Origin: Octopus sinensis
Taxonomy: Eukaryota
NCBI RefSeq assembly: GCF_006345805.1
Contig: NC_043001.1
Coordinates: 132,184,001-132,248,000, forward strand
Direction: 5' to 3'
Length of the DNA stretch: 64,000 nt
Part shown: positions 1-12,729 of the stretch, in pieces
Layout of the letters: the number at the start of each line of letters is the position of its first letter
Position numbering within the stretch: position 1 is the stretch's first letter
Position numbers and translations under genes: made by a program
Notes under the pieces: model-generated
What the model was told of the DNA's origin: nothing
The model's input: the letters and a program-made list of their open reading frames with translations, nothing else
Databases searched by the model: none

Positions 1-1584
1 TAGACCAAAGAAAAATTCCAACACAAAATGTGAATCATAGCTAAACAATGGCATTTACCTTTCCATTTGATAAATTAGTATATTGATGTAAATCATAAAT
101 CAAAAAAATATATTTGTTAGTTTACCTTATCCAACTTACTGGAAAATACGATATAAGCTTTCTTATATTAAGTCGCTATAACTTAACTGACATAAACATT
201 GATAAGAGATAAGTTTTGATATTGTCAATGATAGCCTCTCACATAAAAGTCTCCATAAATAAGCATCATAGACTCATAAGATAAATGCATATGCTTGCAT
301 GTTTTCATACATACACACATGCCTTGGCTGCTTATATAAGTGTTTGATATGCATCACAGAGACAGCATATCAATGGAAGATTTGTTGCAGAATCTCTCCC
401 TAATCCACATTCCATTGTGAGCATTTAAGTAGTTTAAGGTTAGAATATATAAAGAGATTTCAGCTGATCAAGATTGCAGCTAATCCAGATCTTCAAAGCT
501 TTTAGCAGCTGACAGATCTAAAGCAGCATTAGTAAGTAATATGGGATAAAGAATTATACAATTTGGGAGTCTATAGATTTGATCCAAACTTATTTAAATT
601 TACTAAAGCAAATGCGTAATTGAAAGGAGAATAAAAAAAATTACAAGCGAACATTTGCTTTTAAAGAAAAAAAAACTCAGAGCAAGATTTTGCTGTAAAT
701 TGATTATCATGCAGTTTCCTTCAGGTTTTATTTGCTTTTATACCAAAAACAATTCCGATACTAGGCATGACCTTAATAAATTCTCCCTTACTACATATTG
801 AATTTCCATATGTTACTTATGAATGTAAAGCATTTCTTTGCAGCTATCTGACATAAAAAAAAATGAAAATAAGGAAAACGCATATGAGATATTGTATATT
901 AGGGCATGGGTGGTGAGATTGATCACTTTTAATTATTGCATTATTTATTTATTTAATAATTATAAGCAGTATTTTAAATTTTTTCCAAGGCTTATCTACT
1001 TATTTTATTGATTTAAACCCCCTAGAGGCTAAAAAACAACACATTTCCTGATATCTTACTCACTCAACCTTTCTAATATTTCACTACTTAAACTTCATTT
1101 TAAGATACTCGAAATGACAGAATGGTGATTTCTGGAAATTAAATTAAAAGATAATTTATATCAAATAGTCAGCAGTTTCTATCTGGTAGTATGACACATC
1201 TCCACATCTTGGTTGTTGAAGAATTCAGTAAATAATTAGTAAAATTAATATATTAATTTTCATAAATTTCTCCCATTTGCTTTATTGATCATTTCATTTC
1301 TACTTTAAAGACATTCCAAAGAAAAAGAAAGCTGAAGAAGGAAACAAGATGAGTAAATATTCTTTCACTGTTAGACTTCTAAGAAGCACGCAAAGCATCT
1401 GAATAAATTTCCCTATTGATTTTGAAATGTCTACTTTTGTAGTGAGGACATCTGTCAAAAGTTCTGTATTTCTGCTTGTTACTGTATATTACATTAATTA
1501 GAACATTTCATTTAAATTTGCCTAAAATCTGAAATCTCAAACGTAGCAGTTGACCTCAGTTTTGCTATTTTTGACTGATAGATT

Positions 1585-1667
1585 TCAATGTTGTCACCAT
1601 CATCATCATCATCATCACCACCACCACCAACAACAACAACAACAACAACACCACCACCACCACCACC

Positions 1668-1704
<37 letters not shown>

Positions 1705-1935
1705 ACACCACCACCTCCACCACCACCACCACCAACAACAACAACATGACCACCAACAACACGACCACCACCACCACCACCACCACACCACCACCACCAC
1801 CACCACCTTCAACATCATCATCATCATCATCATCATCTTCCTTATCTTCATCTAATACCACCACTACCACACTACCAGTGTCATTGTCACTACTACCACC
1901 ACCACCACTGCCAAAAAACCATCATCACCATCATC
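1585..1935. repeat. Compound trinucleotide microsatellite (CAT/CAC/CAA)n
   Basis: Directly visible; source of the poly-His/Gln/Thr ORFs. Confidence 0.95.
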
Positions 1936-2220
1936 TGAGGGAACCTTTATATAGCTGCTCAACCAACTGGAAAATGCCAATGTCCCTCAAATCTCAACCT
2001 CAGAATGATGTCCTAGGTTGCTCGTTAATAGGAATTAGAGGGTAATGGATGGAATGCTCACAACTGTTTCAGGGCTGTCCTGAGGCAAAAAAAGAAAAAT
2101 GATCAGTGAAACTGCTAGAAATAATTGTCAATTTCTATAAATTCATACACTGCCATCTTAACAAAAAATTATATTTTGGATTCCATTCAGATTGAAATAT
2201 CAGTTGCACTATCTTTTTAT

Positions 2221-2433
2221 CTCATACCTGTTTCGGTCGATTGACTGTAGCCGTGCTGGGGTGCTGCTTAAAATTTTAGTCAAATTTTAGTATCTACCCC
2301 AGTACTTTTTAATTTTTTAAGGCCTGGTACTTATTCTGTTGGTCTCTTTTGCTAAACCACTAAGTTATGGGGATGTAAATACACCAGCACCGGTTGTCAA
2401 GCAGTGGTGGGGGACAAACACAGGCACAAAGAT

Positions 2434-2470
<37 letters not shown>

Positions 2471-2715
2471 TGCACACACACACACACACACACGCACACA
2501 CACAGATGCACACGCACACACACACACACGCACACACACACATATATATGATGGGATTCTTTCAGTTTTCATCTACCAAATTCACTCACAGGGCTTTTGT
2601 TGGCCTGAAGCTATAATGGAAGATATTTGCCTAAGGTGACATGCAGTGGGACTGAACTCTGAACCATGTGGTTGGGAAGCAAGCTTCTTACCACACAGCC
2701 AGCCACACCTGTGCC
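2221..2715 (-). mobile_element. tRNA-derived SINE family A, older diverged copy
   Basis: Same head and body as 2871-3275 with an internal (CA)n tract, more diverged. Confidence 0.8.
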
Positions 2716-2870
2716 TATACCAAGAAAACAAAAAAATCACAAGATGTTCATGGGTAAAACACTTTTGAACAGAGGTCTGTTCCACAAAGACTAACCTGGA
2801 GTTATGCATCAACAACAACAACAACACATTTTTGGAGGTCTGATATCATAAAGAAAAGAATCTTTTGTGT

Positions 2871-3275
2871 TACTCTTTACTCTTTTACTAGTTTCAGTCA
2901 TTTGACTGCGGCCATGCTGGAGCACCGCCTTTAGTCGAGCAACTCGACTCTGGGACTTATTCTTTGTAAGCCCAGTACTTATTCTATCGGTCTCTTTTGC
3001 CGAACCGCTAAGTGACGGGGACGTAAACACACCAGCATCGGTTGTCAAGCAATGCTAAGGGGACAAACACAGACATACAAACATACACGCACCACATATA
3101 TATATATACATATATACAACGAGCTTCTTTCAGTTTCTGTCTACCAAATCCACTCACAAGGCTTTGGTCAGCCCGAGGCTATAGTAGAAGACACTTGCCC
3201 AAGGTGCCATGCAGTGGGACTGAACCCGGAACCATGTGGTTGGTAAGCAAGCTACTTACCACACAGCCACTCCTG
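2871..3275 (-). mobile_element. tRNA-derived SINE family A (~410 bp, (GAGTAAAA)-type tail)
   Basis: Minus strand starts CAGGAGTGGCTGTGTGGTAAG...GGTTCAGTCCCACTG (A/B-box-like), has an internal (TA)/(TG) microsatellite and ends in tail repeats. More than 10 copies in the window. Confidence 0.9.
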
Positions 3276-3391
3276 AAATTTGTTCATTATCATTGGCTTT
3301 TGATAATGCAATCTACCTCATCCCTGTTATAACATGGAGAATAAAAAAATAGGTAAATTAGTTAAGAGCTCAGTCTTTAGCCATGACTATA

Positions 3392-3759
3392 TATTTCTTT
3401 ACTACCCACAAGGGGCTAAACACAGAGGGGACAAACAAGGACAGACAAACAGATTAAGTCGATTACATCAACCCCAGTGCGTAACTGGTACTTAATTTAT
3501 CGACCCCGAAAGGATGAAAGGCAAAGTCGACCTTGGCGGAATTTGAACTCAGAACGCAACGGCAGACGAAATACCTATTTCTTTACTACCCACAAGGAGC
3601 TAAACACAGAGGGGACAAACAAGGACAGACAAACGGATTAAGTCGATTACATCAACTCCAGTGCATAACTGGTACTTAATTTATCGACCCCGAAAGGATG
3701 AAAGGCAAAGTCGACCTTGGCGGAATTTGAACTCAGAACGTAATGGCAGATGAAATACG
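3392..3759 (-). mobile_element. Head-to-tail dimer of 5'-truncated SINE family B
   Basis: Two 184-bp units (starting 3392 and 3576) flanked by the 12-bp TSD GCCATGACTATA (3380-3391, 3760-3771). Confidence 0.9.
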
Positions 3760-3995
3760 GCCATGACTATAGTGTAACACACACACACACAAAAAGAAAA
3801 ACGACTGCTTATACATTCAAAATATACCTTCTGACTGTGGTTGCATATGGCATAATGGTTTGCGTATTTGTTGGAAGCTGCCTGAGTTTCATAGATAAAA
3901 TCTATACAGAAGCTTATACACACACACACTTGTACATGAATATATATGCACTTCCCCCACCTCCCTCTGACCACTAACAAACAAAATACTAATAC

Positions 3996-4112
3996 CACTC
4001 AATTTGCTTTGAGACTGGCCAAATGGATAGACCCTGAAGAAGTTGCCCCAATAATAGTGATAGATTGCATCTGCAACTGCCAGTGGAAACACATGTAGGT
4101 CACAATGATATG
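3996..4112 (-). CDS. Candidate 117-nt symmetric exon, unknown protein (YHCDLHVFPLAVADAIYHYYWGNFFRVYPFGQSQSKLS)
   Basis: Non-repetitive, GC-richer island with acceptor ttttatacag|, possible donor G|GTATTA and an open phase-1 frame. No homology recognised. Confidence 0.25.
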
Positions 4113-4198
4113 CTGTATAAAATAGTGTAAGTGAAAATAAATTTTGAAATTGAATGTTTCTACACTCTTTATAATTATTGCTAATATATATATATGTA

Positions 4199-4680
4199 CC
4201 AGCAGTATAGCCCGGCTTTGCCTGGGATTAAGTTAGGATTATTAAGCTAATCAAGTTCTTTATTTCAACCCAAAATAAGTAACATTGACGTCAAATTTGA
4301 GTGAAATCTGTTGAAATTGGTAAACTTTTTTGCTGAAAATGAATTGCAGACAACTTGATTGGGAAATCCCATAAGGAATCAGTTTATCAATTTTTTCCAC
4401 TCAGCAATTTTTTTTTTCTTTCGTTTTTGGAGAATTTAAAGTATTCAAAGATCCCATGAGTCCTAAGTAATGCTGGCTCAAGTTTGAACAAAATACATCA
4501 AATTTGGTAAAAAGTTATGGTTGAAAATGGGCTGTAGCCAATTTTATTGGGAAATCCTATAAGGAATCGCTTTATCGATTTTTTTTTTTATGCTGATTAA
4601 ATGGAAAACCCCATAAGGAATCAGTTTATTGATTTTTCGCTCCGAAAAGAACTTAACTGAACACAACATTGCTGATTCAA
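4199..4680 (-). mobile_element. Non-autonomous Helitron-like element (3' end at 4199; 5' boundary uncertain)
   Basis: Minus-strand 3' end CCCAGGCAAAGCCGGGCTATACTGCTGG|T resembles the 3' end of 35315-35617. Three internal repeats of GGAAAxCCCATAAGGAATCxxTTTAT. Confidence 0.6.
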
Positions 4681-4920
4681 AAACATCTATATTTATACTT
4701 TAAAGTTGGTTTTCACACCCAACCCAGTCCTGCAGAATCAGTGTCATGACTGGAGTGCATGGGTTGGGAGTTTGATCAGTAGGTTGCACATGCCAGCCCT
4801 GTGAAAACCCCCTTTGCCCATGAGTTGGGAACCCTTCCAGCAAGGAAAATAGAATGCCCAAAGGGCTCCCGATCCTCTGTGTCAGAAGCGGTAACATTCA
4901 GATCACAACTAAGTCTTAAG

Positions 4921-4966
<46 letters not shown>

Positions 4967-5275
4967 CACATACACACATACAGACATGTACGCACACATA
5001 TTGTATACATGTTTTTTGTACACATACATGTTCATGTGTGTGTATGCGTGTGTGTGAGTGTGTGAGTGTGTGTGCGTGTATGTGTTGCCTGTATATCAAC
5101 AAAACACTTTCTTCTTGATGGAAAAAAAAGTCTTAACAAAAACTTACTAGATAGATAGATAGATAGATGCAATAGGCCTCTTACAGTTTCTGTCTATTAA
5201 GTTCACTCACAGAACTTTAGACAGCTTGGAGTCATAGTAGAAGAGACTTTAAGTGCCACAAATTGTATATGTATA

Positions 5276-6110
5276 TAGGGTGCAGTGAATAAATTGCCAT
5301 CTAAATTACACAAAAATGAAAATATCATTGACATCTCATTTTAACAGATGTATTTACCAAAATTACATACAAATATCTTGAAATACTAAAGAGTAAATGT
5401 TTTCAATAAAATCACCATTGGCTTCAACCACGGCCTCCAGACGACTTTGGAATCTCCTACAACTCTTCTTGACGGTTTCTTTGTTTAAGTTGAGAAATGC
5501 TGCCTTAATCCTTGCCTTCGGTTTATCTTTGGTGTTACAAGGAGTTTTTTTGGTCTCTCGCTCAACTGCACTCCACAAACAACAATGCAGTCTGGGGAAT
5601 TAGCTGGCCAGATGTTAGGGGTGATGTGGTCCCAGAAATTGTTTGACAGCCATGACTGGAGTCTCCTGCTTGTGTGGCATGGTGCAGAGCCCTGTTAACA
5701 GACATATGGTCTTCCAGCAGCCACCCTCTTGACCCAGGGCAGCACTACCTTCTCCAGGCACTTGATGTAGACCTCCTTGTTGAGCCTGAGGCCGTGTAGG
5801 AAGATGATCACTAGTGATCACTCCAAACACCAAGATGTTGACTGGATGTTTGATTTTTATCATTCTCGGTACATGTTTTGGGGGACATGGCAAGTTCTCA
5901 GATTGACACCCAAACACTCTGAAATGTTCGTATTGGGGCTTCTGGCACAAATGCCAAGAAACACAGCATTTCATTTCCAAATTTCTGGCAGAATGAATTG
6001 CATCATGATGCTGTTTTTTTCACAGACTATGTCCAAACTGATCCTACTATACTGTGTAGTCGACAAAATATAAAACAATGCGCACGTGCAAATGTAAAAA
6101 TATAAAATGG
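5276..6110 (-). mobile_element. Degenerate Tc1/mariner (maT/DD37D-like) transposon
   Basis: Frameshifted transposase remnants KHPVNILVFGVITSD, RVAAGRPY, IWPANSPD and KKSCRRFQSRLEAVVEANGDFIE. Confidence 0.85.
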
Positions 6111-6112
6111 TG

Positions 6113-6175
<63 letters not shown>

Positions 6176-6183
6176 CATATACC

Positions 6184-6210
<27 letters not shown>

Positions 6211-6215
<5 letters not shown>

Positions 6216-6655
6216 TAAATTAGAGATAAAACCACTATTAGGCAAATCAAACAATGAAAAACTTAAGCCAATACATAAAATTAATTAATTTATATTATTT
6301 TAAATATATATCAAAAGTATTAAAAGTTTAATAAAAGATAATGAGTAAAACTAAGATAAATATTTCAATTACCTGAAGATTGACTGTAACCATAACTCGA
6401 ATTATTACGAATTGGACAGCCATGAAATGATCGTAGTGTTTTACTCATTATCTTTTATTAAACTTTTAATACTTTTGATATATATTTAAAATAATATAAA
6501 TTAATTAATTTTATGCATTGGCTTAAGTTTTTCATTGTTTGATTTGCCTAATAGTGGTTTTATCTCTAATTTAATATAATATAATATTTTACTATAAAAT
6601 TGGATTCAATCCTAAATCTGATTTTTCCCTGTAAGTTTCGATTTATTCCCTAATA
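6211..6655 (+). mobile_element. Penelope-like element terminus: 141-bp inverted repeats around a hammerhead-ribozyme fold
   Basis: Arms 6211-6351 and 6438-6578 match at 140/141. The Penelope assignment is inferred from the partial inverted copy plus hammerhead architecture. Confidence 0.6.
6370..6438 (+). ncRNA. Putative type I hammerhead ribozyme
   Basis: TAC-CTGAAGA(6373-79)-stem II-GAAA(6424-27)-T-GATC-GTA(6433-35)-GTG; all core residues present. Confidence 0.55.
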
Positions 6656-6666
6656 TTTTATTATTA

Positions 6667-6700
<34 letters not shown>

Positions 6701-6705
<5 letters not shown>

Positions 6706-7017
6706 CGTCACTGTGATCACCATGACTGACCAGGCTATAAGATGTTGCTACATATCGTTGGTCACAATGCACTTCACATTGTTTTAGCCTTCCAATGACA
6801 CCACCCTGCTGGCTAAGCAAGCAGGCCAACGGAAGAAAGAGTGAGAGAAAGTTGTGGCGAAAGAGTACAGCAGGGATCGCCACCACCCCCTGCCAGAGCC
6901 TCGTGGAGCTTTAGGTGTTTTCGTTCAATAAACACTCACAACGCCCGGTCTGGGAATCGAAACCACGATCCTACAACTGCGAGTCCGCTGCCCTAACCAC
7001 TGGGCCATTGCGCCTCC
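6701..7017 (-). mobile_element. tRNA-derived SINE family D, tail variant 2
   Basis: Head GGAGGCGCAATGGCCCAGTGGTTAGGGCAGCGGACTCGCAG...GGTTTCGATTCCCAG. Body shared with 22281-22665; 3' tail differs. Confidence 0.9.
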
Positions 7018-7477
7018 ATATATATATATATGTATGTATGTATGTATAACACGCAAGGTAGCAAGTTCTAAAATCTCTAAACAAGATATAAGTAGTAACA
7101 ATTATAGACGGTAAAATTTTTTGCCACTATAACATGGCTGTTCTATACAGAACTGTGTTACTACATTTTAACCCCAGGAAAATGTCTTTCCCAGCTGGTT
7201 AATGACATACAACCAGTGTCTTATATATTGAGAGTAAGGGAGAGAATCACTCACTTTCAGCTTCTCTGTTTATATATTGTGAGTGGAAACAATTGACTGC
7301 CATCTCTAGCGGGCAGGTATCCAGTACTTATGAGGTATAGAAACTTTGAAACTAATATTTGCTTTCTAGAATGAAACAAGGTTAAATAGTAATGGAATCT
7401 TAATACACAATGGTTTCTCTCATTGGCTTATAGCCACAAATTTTGTTCCTGAGCATTTGTAGTCACTGGAATTAATA

Positions 7478-7838
7478 TCAGTGGATGCAGGTTTCAAACT
7501 CAGTGGCACAGACGGATAATAAGATAATACCTGGCACACAACTACTACTACTACTACTACTAATATTATCACCACCACCACCATGGCCACTACTGCTGCT
7601 TATACATACACATATACATGCATGTATATATATGTGCATATACACATATGTATGTATATATGCATGTATATATACACACACACACACATATATATATACA
7701 TATACATATAAATACACATACATGCACATGCACACACACATATGTATATACACATATACATATATATATATACGTATATATATATATATATACACATATT
7801 ATATATATATATATTTGTATATATATATATGTATATAC

Positions 7839-7911
<73 letters not shown>

Positions 7912-7980
7912 TATATATATTATATATATTATATATATATATATATATGTATATATGTCTGTGTGTGTATGTGTGTGTAA
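7478..7980. repeat. (TA)n/(CA)n compound microsatellite
   Basis: Visible; source of the Y/I/H/T ORFs. Confidence 0.95.
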
Positions 7981-8529
7981 AATATGGATTGTATGATATT
8001 TGAAAAAAAAATCAGTTTCTAAGCTGTTAGGTCACCTATAAAAATCAAAATGACAATGTAAATGACCATGTTTTCTTTTACACACTACAGCTGCTCAAGT
8101 GAAACGAATGATGCAAATTTCTTATGACATATTTTCCCAAATATGTAAAAATTCCTTCTTTTCGATGTTCTGTTTAATATTTTTGCTGTGCTTAATTCTC
8201 CAAGTATACGAAGAGTCATTAATTCTTGAGGGATCAGTGATACTTCTACAGTGAAAGAATCAAGTCATTTAATCTGATATACACCACCATATTTCTGCTA
8301 GCCATCAATGTTTGCAACAGTTGCAAAAGGAAAGCCAATTTCTACAGAGTAAGTTATATATGTCTACTTATGTTATAGCTTGTCACATATTGATCCAGCT
8401 GTCAAACCACAAATGTGGCATTTGGCAGATAAATGCACATTTAACAAAATATAAATAAAATGATCTAAACAGCGTTAAAATCAAAATGAAGAAAATAAAA
8501 ATAAAATGAAGAAAACTTGAGTTGTCTAC

Positions 8530-9170
8530 TCTGAGTATACCAAACCTCTTTGTTCTTACATATCCTGACAGACAGAACAATTGAATACCTATTTCTTTAC
8601 TACCCACAAGGGGCTAAACACAGAGAGGACAAACAAGGACAGACAAACGGATTAAGTCGATTATATCGACCCCAGTGCGAAACTGGTACTTATTTTATCG
8701 ACCCCGAAAGGATGAAAGGCAAAGTCGACCTCGGCGGAATTTGAACTCAGAACGTAACGGCAGACGAAATACGGCTACGCATTTCGCCCGGCGTGCTAAC
8801 GTTTCTGCCAGCTCGCAGAACAATTGAATACCACAGAACAGATACCATTATATATGACATAATAAAAATAATAGAGAAGGCCCCTATAATTGACATTGCA
8901 ATTCCTTCAGACAAAAGATTGCAGACAAGGAAGTAGAAATTAAGTACGATGATTTAAAAGTAGAAGTATCAAGAATGTGAGGATGTCCAGCAGTAAAAGT
9001 AATATCAGTCATATCAATTTTATCAGGGCATTGGGTTCAATTCCCAGAAGAATCATCATGTCACCTGGAGCATTTTGGACACTGAGATAGATCTGTAAGT
9101 GCTCCAAAAGTCTTCTTTATTTAGAACAGCTCATATTCTTAGAAAGGTACTCTCAGTCTAAGTCCTTTCA
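8530..9170 (+). mobile_element. R4/Dong-like (RLE-type) non-LTR retrotransposon 3' fragment, interrupted by SINE B
   Basis: After removing the SINE it reads LHILTDRTIEYHRTDTIIYD...IIDIAIPSDK...KYDDLKVEVSRM...LQKSSLFRTAHILRKVLSV, resembling the RLE consensus TD..I.HNRPDI..D.AIP.D...KY..L...GTA.ILRKVL. Confidence 0.8.
8590..8815 (-). mobile_element. SINE family B, near full length
   Basis: 17-bp TSD CAGAACAATTGAATACC (8573-8589, 8816-8832). Head GCGAGCTGGCAGAAACG...GAGTTCAAATTCCGCC, then GGTCGACTTTGCCTTTCATCCTTTCGGGGTCGATAAAATAAGTACCAG. Confidence 0.92.
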
Positions 9171-10139
9171 TTAAGGTTTGACAATTTAAACAAAGAAGAA
9201 AAAAAATAACAAAAGTCATTATTTTGTATCCATTACAGTGCAATGAAAAATAATAATGATGGTGGTGGTGGTGGTGGTGGTGATGATGATGATGATGATG
9301 CAATGAAACCTTAAGTGACATTAAAAAAAAATGTCGTGTTTCCTACTTTCATGCAAGGTTTTGCTACAATTATGGAAGGCCCAGCAGAAAGATAATTGAC
9401 AGGAGATATTTTCTAGCATCACCATTAAGTTGATGCTAATATTTGCTACAATTAAGGTAGTGAGAATCACAGAATCATTAGCATGCCAGGCTAAATGCTT
9501 AGTGGTGCTTCATCTGTCTATATGCTCTGAGTTCAAATTCTGACATGGTCAACTTCACCTTTCATCTTATTAGGGCCAATAAAATAAGCACCAGTTGTAG
9601 ACTGGGGTTAAGGTAATCAACTTAATCCCTACCCCAAATTTGTTGGTCTTGTACCAAAATTGGAAACCAATATTTGTTGCAACCAGTGCTATTACAAAAT
9701 TGCATTTTACATTTTCTGCAGTTATGATATAACTTTTTATTTTCAGTCAGGAGACCAGCAGTACCCATGACTTTTTACAGGTTCTCAGAGACTGATATAA
9801 CAGAGGGAGGGCAGTATCTTCATACCAGATACTTTACCCAAGCGCTTTCAACAGAGTAGACTACACTAAAAGCACTTGTTGTTAGACGTGGTGATATATT
9901 AAGCCAAAGCAGCATTTGAACTTATGAAGCAAAAAGTTGAAACAAATACTACAGACCATTCATTTTAATTCATTGGCATTTAAACTGGCCAGATCTGGCC
10001 CAAATATTCTACTTGTTTAATGTTTCAAACTGACCTGAGTTAGCTTCTTACTCCTATCCTACACTGTCATTCTAAAATTTAAAAATCATATCACTGAAAT
10101 CTCAAAGCTAGAAGATGGTGCATGATTAATTCAAAACAA

Positions 10140-10508
10140 TCATCATCATCATTATCATCGTTTAACGTCCGTTCTCCATGCTAGCATGGGTTGGACGGTT
10201 CGACCGGGGATCTGGGAAGCCAGAAGGCTGCACCAGGCTCCGGTCTTATCTGGCAATGTTTCTACAGCTGGATGCCCTTCCTAACGCCAACCACTCCGTG
10301 TGTGTAGTGGGTGCTTTTTACGAGCCACCTGCACTGGTGCCAGGCGAGGCTGGCATCAGCCACAGTCGGATTGGTGCATTTTATGCGCCACCAGCACGGA
10401 AGCCAGTCGAGGCGGCATTGGTTTCGGCCACGATTCGGATGGTGCTTTTTACGTGCCACCGACACGGAAGCCAGTCGAGGCGGTGCTGGCATCGGCCACG
10501 ATTCGGAT
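10140..10508 (-). mobile_element. RTE-LINE 3' UTR fragment (family C) with ~58-bp tandem units and (GAT)n tail
   Basis: Minus strand ends GGCGTTAGGAAGGGCATCCAGCTGTAGAAAC...GGACGTTAAACGATGAT; repeated GGCACGTAAAAAGCACC units. Confidence 0.85.
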
Positions 10509-10539
10509 AGAGAATAAATAAACATTATACATGACAGAG

Positions 10540-10760
10540 TTAAGGCGACAAGCTGGCAGAATTGCTAGCATGCTGAGCAAAATGCTTAGCAGCATTTCAT
10601 CCATCTTTATGTTCTAAGTTTAAATTCCACCGAGGCCGACTTTGCCTATCATCTTTTTGGCATTGATAAAATGAGTACCAGTTGAGCACGGGGGTCAATG
10701 TAATTGACTAGGCCCTTCCCCACAAATTTCAGGCCTTGTGCCTATAGTAGAAGGGATTAT
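10540..10760 (+). mobile_element. SINE family B, older subfamily
   Basis: Same head and central domain, different 3' part (...CCTTGTGCCTATAGTAGAAGGGATTAT). Confidence 0.8.
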
Positions 10761-11635
10761 ATTTGACAGAGTAATGTGGATGTTTATATTCTTATAGTTC
10801 TTCCAATCCACTATCCTAAATTGGTAATTCTTATCAACCCTGAAAAGATGAAAGATGAAGTTGATCACAGCATGATTTGAATTCAGAAAGCAGAGATTTG
10901 AAAAAGATACCATGAAGAATTCTATCAGCCCCCGCCAATTAATTGCTTGTGACTCTACCAAATCACTGCTATCTGTATATTAAATATATTGCCTATACTT
11001 CAAACTTTACTTAAGGGATTCAATGGAGTAAGTTTAATATCTATAAAGACTTAAAGCTAGAATCAGATATTTCTTAAGATTTCTGGTGAAACTGAACATT
11101 TTTTACTTGTTTATAATCCATATTTCTATACAAGCATAGAATATGATAATATTTTTGAGAGCAATTTTGTGTTTGTTTTTTATTTTTTTTTATTTTTACA
11201 CTTGAATGCCTTTTATACAACTAAACACTCAACCATGAATGAGATGTGGAAACTATTGTTAGTCAAGTAAATTAGGAAAAAACAAAATACTATTGATGAA
11301 GTCTAACACAGCTTATCTTTTTTTTAATAGGTTAGCCATTATCAAACTTGAATTCTATCTTTAATTATTTCCCTTTTCGTTACCTATTCGCTAATGCCAA
11401 ACCTAAAAGACCTGCTCCATATTTTTCTTGACTGTTTTTATTTTCTTTCGTTTGCAGTAGCATTTACGCATTTACTACACTTTCATAGAATACCATGAAA
11501 ACACTTGATTACTATACACGTTAAAAAAGTAATTAAAACTTGTGTTACAGCTAGTTTTTGCTTTGATTTATGTGAAGTTGGATTATACAGACAATAGTTT
11601 GTGTTTATCTCTCTCTCTCTCTCTCTCCCTCTCCC

Positions 11636-11667
<32 letters not shown>

Positions 11668-12315
11668 CATTTATCTGTGAAATTCTAACCGATGTTCTGA
11701 AACATAATATAGCAAACTTCTCCTTGTCTAAACAAAGAGTAACCTTTCGTCGTTGACAAAGAAAAGCAGAAAAAGAAGAAACAGGGTGTCCTGCTGAACA
11801 TTTCCTAGCCTAATAAACTTCAATCAATACAATAATATTATACCTTCCATCCTTACTGGTCCCGTCACTTACAGAAACCACTGCTCATAATATTTAGAGC
11901 AGGACAATATACAATGTATTATCATTGTATGCTATACAATTCCTTTGTGCTTTCGATGAAGTGCTTTTCACTATCAATCTATTTGCTTCCTATTCATTCG
12001 TTTATTGCACTGTCTCAATGATATCGTAGTTCTTACTACTTCTTCTCCTTCACACATACAAATAGCAAGTCCATGTTCTCATAAACTACAGAATTTCCTT
12101 TATTAATATTGTCAAACAGTTTATTATGCACACCTGCAACTTTTCAATTCTTTTAGGTAAGACACTTTTTAATCTTCTGCATCTATTATAGCACTATCAA
12201 CTCAAATCGACATCTTCTAAATTCATTTAATCTTCAATCCCGTAGCTAAAATTTCATAAGTTTTAATTTTGTATTCTGCTAGAACACTAGAATAATAAGA
12301 AAATATAAATAAAAC

Positions 12316-12729
12316 AGGCACAGGTGTGATTGTGTGGTAAGAAGTTTGCTTCCAAACCACAGGGTTCTGGGTTCAGTCCCATTGCACGGCACCTTAGGCA
12401 AGTCTCTTCTACTATAGCCTTGGGCTGACCAAAGCCTTGTGAGTGGATTTGGTAAGTGGAAACTGAAAGAAGCCTGTCATACATATATGTATATATCTAT
12501 GTACGTGCGTCTTTATGTCTTTGTTTGCTCCCCTCTACCACTTGACAGCTGGTGTTAGTGTGCTTACATTCCCATAACTTAGTAGTTCAGCAAAAAGAGA
12601 TCAATAGAATAAGTGTCGTGTTTATATATAAGAAAAATAAGTCCTGCGGTTGATTTATTCAAATAAAACCCTTCAAGGCGTTGCCCCAACATGACCGCAG
12701 TCAAATGAATGAAACAAGTAAAAGATAAA
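12316..12729 (+). mobile_element. SINE family A, diverged
   Basis: Colinear with the other A copies. Confidence 0.85.

Noticed and set aside
1550-2045. Poly-His/Gln/Thr/Val ORFs
   Set aside because: Trinucleotide microsatellite open in several frames on both strands; no coding evidence.
8091-8348. Plus-strand segment with good acceptor and donor
   Set aside because: Stops in all three frames.
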